A stretch of 62,928 nt of DNA, the filler included, from Octopus bimaculoides (lineage: Eukaryota): assembly GCF_001194135.2 (NCBI RefSeq). It is 5 parts of 4 records of this genome, joined end to end, with 100 filler letters (N's around TTAATTAATTAA, not from the genome) between each part and the next. Parts side by side here need not be neighbours in the genome. Positions count along the whole stretch, not along the records: positions 17,717 to 34,828 come from NC_068991.1; positions 34,929 to 43,902 come from NC_068999.1; 3 more parts are not named here. One strand, written 5' to 3'. Under the pieces are notes generated by a model. It was not told the DNA's origin. It ran no database searches and saw nothing but the letters and a program-made list of their open reading frames with translations. Below, in pieces: positions 23,779 to 37,014 of the stretch. Position numbers and translations under genes: made by a program. Numbering within the stretch: the stretch's first letter is position 1; every line of letters starts with the position of its first letter.

Positions 23779-24229
23779 AGGATTTATAAAAGAATTGTTA
23801 AAAATCTCTATACATTCACTGTACCTCTAGTTATAAGTGTGCAAAAAAACATATTGGTTACATTTCGAATAGAATAGGACCTGAGCTGGAAAAAATCCAA
23901 AATAATTGATTAAATCACGTAGTATACTGAGGTCTCAATATCTTATCACTAAAAGTAATGAATATATCATGTGGTGCTCGTATTAATTCATCACTTGGAC
24001 TTTATTCCAGCCGCGGTTACTGTTTTTATGATAAACCATTTCACGGCAGATTCTTGGCTACGGCCCTCAGTTCGCAGGATTTGTATATTGTATATCTTGA
24101 ATAATGTATTTGTGCATTGTACCTGTCACTTAAGCAAGTTACACACGTGGAAAAACCACGTAAACTAGTATTTCGAGTCCTAGGATTCGCAAGTTATCCT
24201 GTTTCTATGGCGTAGAAGTGACCAACGAG

Positions 24230-24400
24230 ACCCCAGTGTCAGTCCGTCTCAGGGATACTTATTTATAACTGAGTGAATTGGAACAATGTGAAATGAAGTG
24301 CTATACCAAAGAGCACAATGCATCGACCAATCCTGAAATTGAAACTACGAGCTTGTGACTATGAGTGCAAAGCCTTAACTGCTAAGCCATGCAACTTTGC
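24230..24400 (-). mobile_element. Degenerate SINE family 3 copy
   Basis: gagtgaattggaacaatgtgaaatgaagtg..ttgaaactacga..gctaagccatgc matches 7050-7180. Confidence 0.65.
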
Positions 24401-25310
24401 GGAAAAGACAAGGATGGCCTCAACGTTTTATTTCTGTCTTCTCTACAAAAGTGTATTTGCGTGAGTGTATGGTATTTTGTGTAAGGAGCCAATAGTTAGA
24501 ATATATTTTGGTTTCAACAATTGAACAAAAGTGTTTTTGTAATTAAATAAAAAAAAAAAAAAGAAAAAAAAAGCGTTACTAATTTTCAAGAAAATGAAAC
24601 AAAACTGGAGCAAAAACTGCAATAAGAACAAGAAGAATAACAGAAAAGAAAAAAGTGTGATGAGTAAAATACAATTGATATAAAAGCATACTCAAGGGGA
24701 GAAAAAAAAGGCACGTGTGTCTCCTTAAGCAACGATTATTTAGCGTAAAGTATGGAGATAGGAGAGCTGCAACGCGCCATGCTGCTTCTATCTTAAAGGT
24801 CTAACTTAATTTGACATTTGTGATTGCTGTAAGATTTGCAGCTGATTGTTCCGACAAGTCAGAGAATGAAGCTATAACTTCTGTTAAACAGAAATCTTTG
24901 AAAGCTGGGGGAGTGGCAGGCGACATACTCCTGTCTAATTTTACATCACTCCTCTGTAGCTATTTGATTATATCTTTATAGTCTATGTTTATCTGATTAG
25001 CTTCGTATATCGATATGTCTCTCCCTCTCTTTCTCCTTCTCCTCCTTACTTTCATCTTCTCATCGTTCTCTGCCTTTTTCTTCCATCTTCTGTCTTTCTT
25101 TAAGTTGCTCTTTCTCTCTCTTATTTTCTTATTTTCAATATAAACGCAAGAAAATCAGTGTGTATAGAGGCATATATATGGGTGTAAGCATGTATGTCGG
25201 AATAATGTGTCTGCATGTGAATGTATATGCGTGTATATATTATCACGTAATTGCATATATGTATGTGTGTGCACGCGTGTATGTGTGTGTATATGTAGAT
25301 GTAGATACGC

Positions 25311-25342
<32 letters not shown>

Positions 25343-25550
25343 TATATATATATATATGTAGATTAAAGTAAAAAGTAAAAGCAAAACGTTTAGCATCACT
25401 TAAAAAGATATATATGTATATATGTACGTGTGTGTGTGTGTATATATATATATATGTATATGTATACACACACACACACGCACACACAGACCCACGTATA
25501 TATATATACATATATACACACACATATATATATGCATATATATATATGTG

Positions 25551-25585
<35 letters not shown>

Positions 25586-26119
25586 GTATATATATATAGG
25601 TGTATATATATATATATATATATAGGTATNNNNNNNNNNNNNNNNNNNNNNNNNNNNNNNNNNNNNNNNNNNNNNNNNNNNNNNNNNNNNNNNNNNNNNN
25701 NNNNNNNNNNNNNNNNNNNNNNNNNNNNNNNNNNNNNNNNNNNNNNNNNNNNNNNNNNNNNNNNNNNNNNNNNNNNNNNNNNNNNNNNNNNNNNNNNNNN
25801 NNNNNNNNNNNNNNNNNNNNNNNNNNNNNNNNNNNNNNNNNNNNNNNNNNNNNNNNNNNNNNNNNNNNNNNNNNNNNNNNNNNNNNNNNNNNNNNNNNNN
25901 NNNNNNNNNNNNNNNNNNNNNNNNNNNNNNNNNNNNNNNNNNNNNNNNNNNNNNNNNNNNNNNNNNNNNNNNGCAGAGTCATTCTGTACTCTTCGTTGTG
26001 GTTGTTGTTGCTGTTGTTGTGTTTGTTATTGTTGTTGTTGATATTTCTATTGCTATCGCTAAGATTTTTAATGTTCTTATTGTTTTAACCGACGGTGATG
26101 ATATCTTAACTCATCTGCT

Positions 26120-26724
26120 TCACCCTCCTCCTCCTCCTCATCATCATCCAAGTCAATCTCATCATCATCATCATCATCGTCATCGCCGTCATCATGATCA
26201 TGATCATGATCATGATCATGATCATGATCATCATCATCACCGTCGACATCGACGTCGTCGCTGTTGTTACCGCCTTGTTCGTTGTCATGTCTTTGTTCAT
26301 TTTCTTTGAATTCCAGTTTTTTAAGGGTTTTATAGGTTTTTAATTCACTTGGCTCTCCTTGCCTATATATATATATATATATATATATAGATATATATAC
26401 GTGTAGACAGATTTGGTATTACTATTGTTCTTATCATTATCATCGTCGTCGTCTTCGTCATCATCATCATTATCCTTCTTCTCTTCTTCTTCATCCTCCT
26501 CCTCCTCCTCCTCCTCTTCCCCTCCTCTTATCCATTATCATCATCATCATCAGTCTTCTTCTTCTTCTTCTTCTTCTTCTTCTTCTTCTTCTTCTTCTTC
26601 TTCTTCTTCTTCTTCTTCCAGAGTCAATAAATTAAATTCCACTGAAACCACTGGGTTCAATGTAATCGACTAGTCCCCTCTCCTCAAATTTCAGGCCTTG
26701 TGCCTTTAGTAGAAAAGATTGTTA

Positions 26725-26773
<49 letters not shown>

Positions 26774-26775
26774 CA
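26120..26775. repeat. (CCT)n, (CAT)n, (GATCAT)n, (TTC)n and (TTA)n microsatellite cluster with a SINE family 1 3' end at ~26635-26720
   Basis: Directly visible. Confidence 0.85.
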
Positions 26776-27463
26776 TTGAGTTAGAGAGCAGGGCATGCCA
26801 TCAAAGTGTTAAACTTCACCAAAAAATTACCTCATGATGTTACCTCTGTATTCCAGTTATCCATTTATTGACTAGTCCCTTCCACAAAATTTCAGGCCGT
26901 AGTAGAAAGGATTCTTATTGTTATTGTTATTATTATTAGAATGCTTCCTCCCAAATCATGCTCATCAGAGATGCACATATCGTCAACCATTAAGGGACGT
27001 CCTCAACTGACAAGCAAATCTGTGGTATTGAGCAGAATATTTGATGTAGCCCATCTTTTATACCGAGATAAAACATGTTCATGTTAACACCTCCAATCAG
27101 TTAAGATCAGAAGCCATGCGAGCCTCTGCTTGGTTTGTCATTACCGCTCGCTCTTAGGTGTCATACCGGTTCATTCTGCTTGGTAGAGTCACATCTTACG
27201 ATCTTGGTTATCCAGTACCTTTCTTAAGATTCTTGCTATCCCTAATAAACAGGCTTTCTATATAACAGAAGTTTATGTCCCAACCAAAACGCTCTTCGAA
27301 TTTTTCGAGGAACATTTCTGCTCACGGTACCCCGCAACGCGCCGATGATAAATGGCACTACTTTTACATCCTTTTATACTCATAGCCACACAATCTCATA
27401 TCTCAAACCATTATACTTACCAAGCTTTCCCTATTCTTTTACCCTGGTATCAAAGAGGCGTTC

Positions 27464-28156
27464 TATAGGGCTTTCCTATAAGGTGTTATCCACCCCTGAT
27501 TGGAACTCTCCCGTATGACATGTACGCATGCTCAGTGACTTGCTTTAACAATTGCAATCAGCTGAATGCACATTGCCAGTGACATTTGACATAATTACCC
27601 ACACTCTGTGGTCAGGATTCTTTTTTTGGTTTGATGTCGGTATCGAAGGGATTACCAGACACCGGACAATACAGTGAGAGCAGCTTTCACTCACATCGTG
27701 GTATTCGATGCTGTGTACGTGTCTGTCGTGGTAAAATATGCCACTCCTTAACTGTTGCTTTGCTTTCATCCGTAGCACGAGGTAATTATGTCATTATCTG
27801 NNNNNNNNNNNNNNNNNNNNNNNNNNNNNNNNNNNNNNNNNNNNNNNNNCTTATCGTCCGATACTTCAGACTTATCGTCCGATGAATATACTTTGTTGAC
27901 ATCGACAGAATTTTTATTCCTTTCAACCTGTCAGTCAAGTCCGCCTTTCTTCCAGTAACATACTGTCCATATAATCTTAAATATTTCTTTAACTCAGGCA
28001 CAGTAAGTACTTCGATAGCTGAATCATCAAGCTGCTTTATATCCATGATAAGACGTAAAACAATAACAATGGCGTGGGTAGCCTCCGGAAGTTTAATTAT
28101 CTACATGGAGCGCCGCCTAGCCAAGGGAGATAACCTACTTATAGGAAAGCCCTATA
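27464..28156. mobile_element. Small TIR DNA transposon derivative with a SAP-domain ORF
   Basis: 19-bp perfect inverted ends TATAGGGCTTTCCTATAAG (27464-27482) and CTTATAGGAAAGCCCTATA (28138-28156). Confidence 0.85.
27850..28046 (-). CDS. SAP-domain N-terminal fragment of a transposon protein
   Basis: LTVPELKKYLRLYGQYVTGRKADLTDRLK fits the SAP pattern; truncated by a gap at 27801-27849. Confidence 0.7.
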
Positions 28157-28454
28157 TCAAGCATTATACATTAACGAGATATTTTGTCGTAGATCTCGGG
28201 CCGAGAATGTTCTCTGGCTTTATCTGTCAGCAGTTTACTATCCCACAGGATCTTTGTCTGTTCATTTTTCATCTTGTGGTCATACCACTTTTCGGAACAA
28301 TTATAGTAGTACTTTGTACGGATTTCCTAACGAACGTCGCTCGCCAACCTATCATGTATCCAGTTCTTATACTCTTTCTGTACTAGTTTTGGACATTCTG
28401 AAACTATGGCTTTGTTCCATCCAAACAATCATTGGTCACAATTCTAGACGAATA

Positions 28455-28560
28455 AGTAAGTACCAGACTTTAAAAAAATTAGTACTGAGGTCGAATTTTT
28501 TAAGGCTGTGCTCTGGCATGGCTTCAGTCCAAGAACTGAAACAAGTAAAAGATAAACATT
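28455..28560 (+). mobile_element. SINE family 2, 3' end
   Basis: gaataagta..gaggtcga..ggcatggc..actgaaacaagtaaaag. Confidence 0.7.
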
Positions 28561-28933
28561 AAAAAGATCACAGATAATTGTATACCTAAAGATGCATTCA
28601 ATGTGTTCAATCATGAAAGAAATTGAAAAGCGGAAGCGGAAACGATGTGAAAATGAAACTGACAAGACGTCAATATAATGCTATTGGTTACGTTTCTATA
28701 ATAATTCACTAATTTTTGCTGTAGTGATCAAACAATCCAAACTGAAACCATCGTTTGTTTTGGAATCCTGACGTCATTTACCAATGAGTTTGCTTATCAT
28801 ATATGTGTGCGTGTGTATGTGTTTGTGTGTGTGTTTGTGTGTGAGAGCGTGTGTGTGTCTGGGTATGTGTGTATTAGTGTGCATAATTGTCTGCATTCTG
28901 ATATGTGTTATTTCTGTGTGTTTGCGTCTGGAA

Positions 28934-28964
<31 letters not shown>

Positions 28965-30004
28965 NNNNNNNNNNNNNNNNNNNNNNNNNNNNNNNNNNNN
29001 NNNNNNNNNNNNNNNNNNNNNNNNNNNNNNNNNNNNNNNNNNNNNNNNNNNNNNNNNNNNNNNNNNNNNNNNNNNNNNNNNNNNNNNNNNNNNNNNNNNN
29101 NNNNNNNNNNNNNNNNNNNNNNNNNNNNNNNNNNNNNNNNNNNNNNNNNNNNNNNNNNNNNNNNNNNNNNNNNNNNNNNNNNNNNNNNNNNNNNNNNNNN
29201 NNNNNNNNNNNNNNNNNNNNNNNNNNNNNNNNNNNNNNNNNNNNNNNNNNNNNNNNNNNNNNNNNNNNNNNNNNNNNNNNNNNNNNNNNNNNNNNNNNNN
29301 NNNNNNNNNNNNNNNNNNNNNNNNNNNNNNNNNNNNNNNNNNNNNNNNNNNNNNNNNNNNNNNNNNNNNNNNNNNNNNNNNNNNNNNNNNNNNNNNNNNN
29401 NNNNNNNNNNNNNNNNNNNNNNNNNNNNNNNNNNNNNNNNNNNNNNNNNNNNNNNNNNNNNNNNNNNNNNNNNNNNNNNNNNNNNNNNNNNNNNNNNNNN
29501 NNNNNNNNNNNNNNNNNNNNNNNNNNNNNNNNNNNNNNNNNNNNNNNNNNNNNNNNNNNNNNNNNNNNNNNNNNNNNNNNNNNNNNNNNNNNNNNNNNNN
29601 NNNNNNNNNNNNNNNNNNNNNNNNNNNNNNNNNNNNNNNNNNNNNNNNNNNNNNNNNNNNNNNNNNNNNNNNNNNNNNNNNNNNNNNNNNNNNNNNNNNN
29701 NNNNNNNNNNNNNNNNNNNNNNNNNNNNNNNNNNNNNNNNNNNNNNNNNNNNNNNNNNNNNNNNNNNNNNNNNNNNNNNNNNNNNNNNNNNNNNNNNNNN
29801 NNNNNNNNNNNNNNNNNNNNNNNNNNNNNNNNNNNNNNNNNNNNNNNNNNNNNNNNNNNNNNNNNNNNNNNNNNNNNNNNNNNNNNNNNNNNNNNNNNNN
29901 NNNNNNNNNNNNNNNNNNNNNNCTCTCTCTCTCTCTCCTCATATCCGTTCCTCCTCTTTACCCGCTTGCTTGTCTATAACTCTCTCACTCGCTCCCTTTA
30001 TCCA

Positions 30005-30057
<53 letters not shown>

Positions 30058-30466
30058 CTATCTATCTATTTATCTATTTCCCTTTCCGTCGCTCTCTCTC
30101 TCTTTTTCTCTGTCTCTCTATCTCTCTCCCTATCTCTCTCTCTATCTCTCTATGTATCTACTACATGCATTCTTTCTTGCTGCGTCTCTCTTTTGCGTTC
30201 ATTTGAAACCATTCACTTCCACTAAACACACACACAGACACACACATACAAATACACACACACACACTCATACACGCTCGCACTCTCGCGCGTACACTTG
30301 AACATTCATAATACAGACCAACTCTGTCTCTAATCCCTTCCCTCTCTCACCCTCTACCCATCCCCTACCCCCATCTCATTACTAATTTCAACTTCTGTCT
30401 TTCTCCAAATATTTTTTTCTTTTCTTTTTTATTTTCCACTTTTAACTTTGTTCTCTTTTATTATAG

Positions 30467-30532
30467 TAAATCTTACCCACCGGAACCAACCGGAAATCAC
30501 CGGAACCAATCGCTACCCACCGGAAAATGAGG
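30467..30532 (+). CDS. Candidate 66-nt phase 1-1 exon (NLTHRNQPEITGTNRYPPENE)
   Basis: Long polypyrimidine tract ending ttatag, donor G|gtttgt, single open frame. Confidence 0.25.
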
Positions 30533-30811
30533 GTTTGTTCCGAATGGTGTTTTGACATCATTAAAATATACCATGTTCGCATGGAGCGGAAATTGCCGAA
30601 ATCCATATTGCATCGTCTAACGGAGTTCATACCAAAGAAACGTGCTTTGCTCATTTCGAACCAATATTCCAAATGACTGGAGATATCGGAAGATTCCCGA
30701 TTATTTCTACAACGTTAGTCCTTTTCAAAAAAGATTATCATTCTTGTTGTTGTTGCCGTTGTACTTGTTATTGCTTTTGTTATCGAAGTAGTTGTCTAAT
30801 TATTATTATTA

Positions 30812-30849
<38 letters not shown>

Positions 30850-32039
30850 GTTATAGTTGACTTTGTCATCTTTTCGTGTTGACTTAAGCTATTTTTTTGG
30901 GGTTTTCTAGTTTTCATTATATTACGTTTATATATATATACATACACACACACACACACACANNNNNNNNNNNNNNNNNNNNNNNNNNNNNNNNNNNNNN
31001 NNNNNNNNNNNNNNNNNNNNNNNNNNNNNNNNNNNNNNNNNNNNNNNNNNNNNNNNNNNNNNNNNNNNNNNNNNNNNNNNNNNNNNNNNNNNNNNNNNNN
31101 NNNNNNNNNNNNNNNNNNNNNNNNNNNNNNNNNNNNNNNNNNNNNNNNNNNNNNNNNNNNNNNNNNNNNNNNNNNNNNNNNNNNNNNNNNNNNNNNNNNN
31201 NNNNNNNNNNNNNNNNNNNNNNNNNNNNNNNNNNNNNNNNNNNCCCCCCCCCCCACACACACACAAGTACACATGCATACGCATTAACACATCTATTATA
31301 CTAGTAGTAGTAGTGGTAGTAGTGGCATTGCGGATGACTGTGGTGATAATGATGTTATGTTTACAGTGGTGGTCTGGCAGTAAGTACTGCAGTGATGCGA
31401 GTAAAAACGTCCCTTTATTTTTAATTCAATGTTACAGTACTTTCCCCACGTTCAGCGTTCAAATTCAGCTGAAGTCGACAAAATATTTGTTGTTGTTGTT
31501 GTCCGTTGATTCACTTCCCGAGAAGATAATATTTTGCTGGAGTGTGAATTCCAACATCAATGTCCCCAGTACAACTTATTCATACAAAAATTTAACTACA
31601 ATATTAACTCGTGTACAAGTCGTATTATTGTACACGTGATTTTCACTGAAATATAAAAAACGGGGTACGACTTATAGATGGAACAAAGCTAAATCAGGGG
31701 TGCGGCTTATATATGAGTTCGACTTATACACAAGTAAACACAGTAATTTTTATTTTCAGACCCGAAAAAACTATAATCAAGTAGTCTTAGAAGCAAAGGC
31801 CTTCCGGTTCTCACCAACACTGTTATTTTAGACGGGTACTTTATCTAGTAAGACATTTTGCAATGTCTCTTTCCTTTAAGAGAATGCTATGTGATTTGAG
31901 TGATATTTGGTTGCTATTTCTAGCAGGTTATGTGACCAAATAGAAGCTTCCTTTTAAATATAGAATTACTACGGGATTCATTTAACAAGATTATTATTCA
32001 GTGATGATAATAACCAATAAATATTGGTTTTAAGGTCAG

Positions 32040-32195
32040 CAATTACGGAATAGGGGGTACGTCGATTACACCGACTCCGAAATGATGTAAGGCAAAGTCG
32101 GCCGAGATTGAATTTGAACTTAGAACGTAAAGACAGACGAAATATCGCTAAACATTTTGCCCGTCGTGCAAATGATTCTGCTAGCTCGCCGCCTT
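32040..32195 (-). mobile_element. SINE family 1
   Basis: aaggcaaagtcg..gaatttgaacttagaacgtaaagacagacgaaat..gattctgctagctcgccgcc. Confidence 0.8.
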
Positions 32196-32816
32196 TTAAC
32201 CAGTAAATAATGAGATCAGAGTACAACAACAATGAGAACAAACAGAGAAACACATACAAAGGGAGAGGTATGAAGAAGGGTGTGAGACAGAAAGTGTAAG
32301 AATGAAGGCTCTATTGCATTCATCCGTTAACAACACGCCTCTAGAAGAAAGATCAGCTTTCTGTTGCCTTGTCTATATAATCTAAAGGCCTACGTATCTA
32401 CGTTGGCTCATTGTTGATTGGTCAGCATCTTGGTGAAATTTGGACTCAGAACCCAAGACAATGAAGAAATACTGCAAGGCATTGGACAGTTGTTTCTTCG
32501 ATTTTATTTCATATCTAAGTTTCTTGAACGAATCACACCGAACACATGCCGTGACAAGCAGAATGATATTATGCCACACGCCATCTCAGTCACCACTCTA
32601 ACGACTCTACCATTCCACCATTCCACCATTTTGCGTTTATACTTTATTTATCAATCCCCAAAGGACGAAGTGTGACATTGATCTGAGATGAAAACTGCAA
32701 TAGGTTCTGTCTGAGGCTTGAATTATTCAACCAATCGACTGCATGATATCAATAACAGTTCGGTGGAATTGGCTGTGGCGGAAATAGTAATAAACTCAGT
32801 ATAAAATCAAACGTTG

Positions 32817-32987
32817 AGGCGTGGCTGTGGTTAAAAGTTTGACTCTCAACATAGATGTAGGTTTAGCCCCACTGCGTTTCACATTGCGCATATCTTCTAC
32901 TAAAGCCTCGGGCCGACCAAAGCCTTGTGAGTGGATTTGGAAGAGGGAAACTGAAAAGAAGCCATCATATATATATATATATATATA
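32817..32987 (+). mobile_element. SINE family 2, 5' half plus (TA)n running into a gap
   Basis: ggcgtggctgtggtt..gcctcgggccgaccaaagccttgtgagtggatttgg. Confidence 0.85.
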
Positions 32988-33609
32988 NNNNNNNNNNNNN
33001 NNNNNNNNNNNNNNNNNNNNNNNNNNNNNNNNNNNNNNNNNNNNNNNNNNNNNNNNNNNNNNNNNNNNNNNNNNNNNNNNNNNNNNNNNNNNNNNNNNNN
33101 NNNNNNNNNNNNNNNNNNNNNNNNNNNNNNNNNNNNNNNNNNNNNNNNNNNNNNNNNNNNNNNNNNNNNNNNNNNNNNNNNNNNNNNNNNNNNNNNNNNN
33201 NNNNNNNNNNNNNNNNNNNNNNNNNNNNNNNNNNNNNNNNNNNNNNNNNNNNNNNNNNNNNNNNNNNNNNNNNNNNNNNNNNNNNNNNNNNNNNNNNNNN
33301 NNNNNNNNNNNNNNNNNNNNNNNNNNNNNNNNNNNNNNNNNNNNNNNNNNNNNNNNNNNNNNNNNNNNNNNNNNNNNNNNNNNNNNNNNNNNNNNNNNNN
33401 NNNNNNNNNNNNNNNNNNNNNNNNNNNNNNNNNNNNNNNNNNNNNNNNNNNNNNNNNNNNNNNNNNNNNNNNNNNNNNNNNNNNNNNNNNNNNNNNNNNN
33501 NNNNNNNNNNNNNNNNNNNNNNNNNNNNNNNNNNNNNNNNNNNNNNNNNNNNNNNNNNNNNNNNNNNNNNNNNNNNNNNNNNNNNNNNNNNNNNNNNNNN
33601 NNNNNNNNN

Positions 33610-33643
<34 letters not shown>

Positions 33644-34094
33644 AAAAGAAGGATAAATAGGAACATAATTAATATGAAAGACATACATAAGTAGAATAAG
33701 TTTACAAGGAGCATAGTATCACTGCTGAAGAGTTAACAAGGGTAAATGTCGTGTCCTTATTGAGAGATCGATCAAAAATAAACAGACAATTGGAGATCTG
33801 TCATATAATATGATGAAAATCTATGTCAATAAACTCAGTGAAATCTGAACAAAGTTATTGATTATTTTGCATTTCAATTCGTTGATCGCACAATTCGTTC
33901 ATTCGTTTATTATGTTATTTATACGTATTCTGTGTTGTTTTATGTAATATAAATATTGGCTATCAATGACAGTTCTTTTATAGGATTTATTGTAGATATT
34001 TTGATAACAAATTGTGTTATGAATATAAAAGACGTGCAAAGATAAAATGTGAGATTCCCATACTACAATGCATACATAGATATGTACATATATT

Positions 34095-34405
34095 CTTTTA
34101 TTCTTTTTCTTGTTTAAGTCACGTGACTGCGGCCATGCTGGAGCACCGCCTTTAGTTGAACAAATCGACCTCAGGACTTATTCTTTGTAAACCTAGTACT
34201 TATTCTACTGGTCCCTTTTGCCGAACCGCTATGATGCGGGGGTGTAAACATACCAAGATCAGTTGTCGAGTGATGGTGGAAGGACAAACATAGATACAGA
34301 AATACATACATACATATATACATATTCATATAGATAAGGCGGGCTTCAATCAGTTTCTGTCTACCAATTCCACTCACAGGGCTTTGGTCGGACCGAGGCT
34401 ATAGT
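34095..34405 (-). mobile_element. SINE family 2 showing both halves joined by a short internal microsatellite
   Basis: 3' half 34095-34295, ACAT/TA tract ~34300-34335, 5' half 34335-34405. Confidence 0.85.
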
Positions 34406-34561
34406 TCCAACTACTGAGCCAAACGCCTTCACATCTAAGTATTGTATTATCGGAGCATGATACTTACAGCAGATCACATTTAAAACCCATGTTTATTAAA
34501 TGATGTTTATCTCTCAATGAAAGGAGTACATTTTTGTTGATCCTGCTAATAATGGAATAGT

Positions 34562-34605
<44 letters not shown>

Positions 34606-34797
34606 AAGGGACAAAGCTTTTCCATATTAAACATAGCACTCAGTACTTCAATAAGTAGGGTTAAATATGTTTCTTTTTTATTAATGACGAGCTTGCAGAA
34701 TTTGTTTTGACCTTAATTGGTCTCCTCAAAAGTAGACTAGTGGAAACCAATTAGAGTCAAAATCAATTGATCATTTTCTAAGTTAATCATTAATGTG

Positions 34798-34828
<31 letters not shown>

Positions 34829-34928
34829 NNNNNNNNNNNNNNNNNNNNNNNNNNNNNNNNNNNNNNNNNNNNTTAATTAATTAANNNNNNNNNNNNNNNN
34901 NNNNNNNNNNNNNNNNNNNNNNNNNNNN

Positions 34929-34985
<57 letters not shown>

Positions 34986-35602
34986 GTATGTATGTATATA
35001 CATACGTTCAAGCATACACACACACACATACACAAGTCAGATTTACGCATAATTTTCCTCCTCCTAAATTTAATTCACTTAGTATTGGTCAAATCATTTC
35101 TTTTGTAGAAGACGCATGTCCAAGATGCCGCGTCGTATAATCAAATTGGTAACAATCCCTTTCACCATTCGGCTATTCTTGTCCCTATATTTCTATTTAA
35201 TATCTTACATTCGCACAAAAGTCTAAACTTGCTATGTCACGTTTATTCAGTTGTCCTCTTAAATACCTGGTCTTTAAGTTGTTCAGTGATATGCTAGAAA
35301 TAACAGTTGAATATCCACCCATATCGCACCCTACCGTCTTGAACAAAAGAGAAAGTAGATTTTAGATTATATCGTCCTCTCTGCTCCAATAAGAAGAAAT
35401 GAGAAGACAAAATTTTGGCACCACTTCCTGTTGCAGGCCCATCTAGGAGTGAAAGATCAACATGTGATACATATCGGTACTCCAGGAAGTAAAGCAAAGA
35501 TATCCCAGGAGTACTTTGAAATCGCAAGTCGTATGACAATGATAAATACCATTTCTAAGATTATAAATAAATGTCAGTTAGGTCTAGTGCAGTACCGTTT
35601 CT

Positions 35603-35991
35603 GTGGAGGCACAATGGCCCACTGGTTAGGGCAGCGGACTCGCGGTCATGGGATCGCGGTTTCGATTCCCAAACCGGGCGTTGTGAGTGTTTATTGAGCG
35701 AATGCACCTAAAGCTCCACGAGGCTCCGGCAGGGGATGGTGGCGAACCCTGCTGTACTCTTCCACCACAACTTTCTCTCACTCTTACTTCTTGTTTGTGC
35801 TGTGCCTGTAATTCAAAGGGTGATCCTTGTAACACTGTCACGCTGAATATCCCCGAGAACTACGTTAAGGGTACACGTGCTGTGGAGTGCTCAGCCACTT
35901 GCACGTTAATTTCACGAGCAGGCTGTTCCGTTGATCGGATCCACTGGAACCCTCGACGTCGTAAGCGACGGAGTGCCAACAACTAACAACA
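35603..35991 (+). mobile_element. Intact tRNA-derived SINE family 4 with 12-bp TSD
   Basis: A box tggcccactgg, B box ggtttcgattccc, (CAA)-type tail; TSD AGTACCGTTTCT at 35591-35602 and 35992-36003. Confidence 0.9.
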
Positions 35992-36665
35992 AGTACCGTT
36001 TCTATAATCTTAACTACTGAAATAAATGTTACCCACATACACCATTAGAATCATTACTAAATTTCCTCCCTAAACATTTGCTCAGCATTGTATGAATCAA
36101 TAACAGTTTTACTCAGCAAGATTTAATATTTTAATATCAATTTCAACGTGAAATGCTATTACCAACAACAACGGTTTCGAGCTGCTTCCAGTAAATATTA
36201 AAATTCAAGCTTACGAACGAAGCATTATAAATTATACATGTCTAAAAGACAAGAAAAATCGTAATAAAAAGAAAAGAAACCAGCAAACAAATATGTATCC
36301 AATAACTGTGTACATGAATGATTGCTAGCAAGTTAGTGTTTGAAATTAGGAAAACTAAACAATACGGAAAAGTTATCAATAATTTATTGTGATGCTCCAA
36401 ACGGAATCAAGAGCCAAGTGCAAATTATTGATTTCAATGAGTAATTCAACGTTGAAATACATCATCTGTGTTTATTTTAAGCGACTTCTAGTAATGCATT
36501 TCTGAAATGACATGGTGGGTGGGGGGGCGCATCACATATACGTACGTGCGTACTTATAATACATGCATGCGTACGTAAATATATACGTTCATACGGAAAT
36601 ACATGAGTAAACACATACACATAGATGTGTGTAGGTGAGTGTTGCGAGGTAAATTGCGATATGTT

Positions 36666-36714
<49 letters not shown>

Positions 36715-36940
36715 NNNNNNNNNNNNNNNNNNNNNNNNNNNNNNNNNNNNNNNNNNNNNNNNNNNNNNNNNNNNNNNNNNNNNNNNNNNNNNNNNNNNNN
36801 NNNNNNNNNNNNNNNNNNNNNNNNNNNNNNNNNNNNNNNNNNNNNNNNNNNNNNNNNNNNNNNNNNNNNNNNNNNNNNNNNNNNNNNNNNNNNNNNNNNN
36901 NNNNNNNNNNNNNNNNNNNNNNNNNNNNNNNNNNNNNNNN

Positions 36941-37014
<74 letters not shown>

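Larger units (their letters stand above)
27140..28445 (-). mobile_element. R4/Dong-like 3' fragment interrupted by a TIR element
   Basis: IVSECPKLVQKEYKNWIHD..KILWD..RP (28157-28445) continues as FDTRV..KYNGLRYEI..KACLLGIARILRKVL (27160-27463). Confidence 0.8.

Noticed and set aside
35603-35680. tRNA-like sequences here and at other SINE heads
   Set aside because: They continue into SINE bodies with tails and TSDs; no complete cloverleaf
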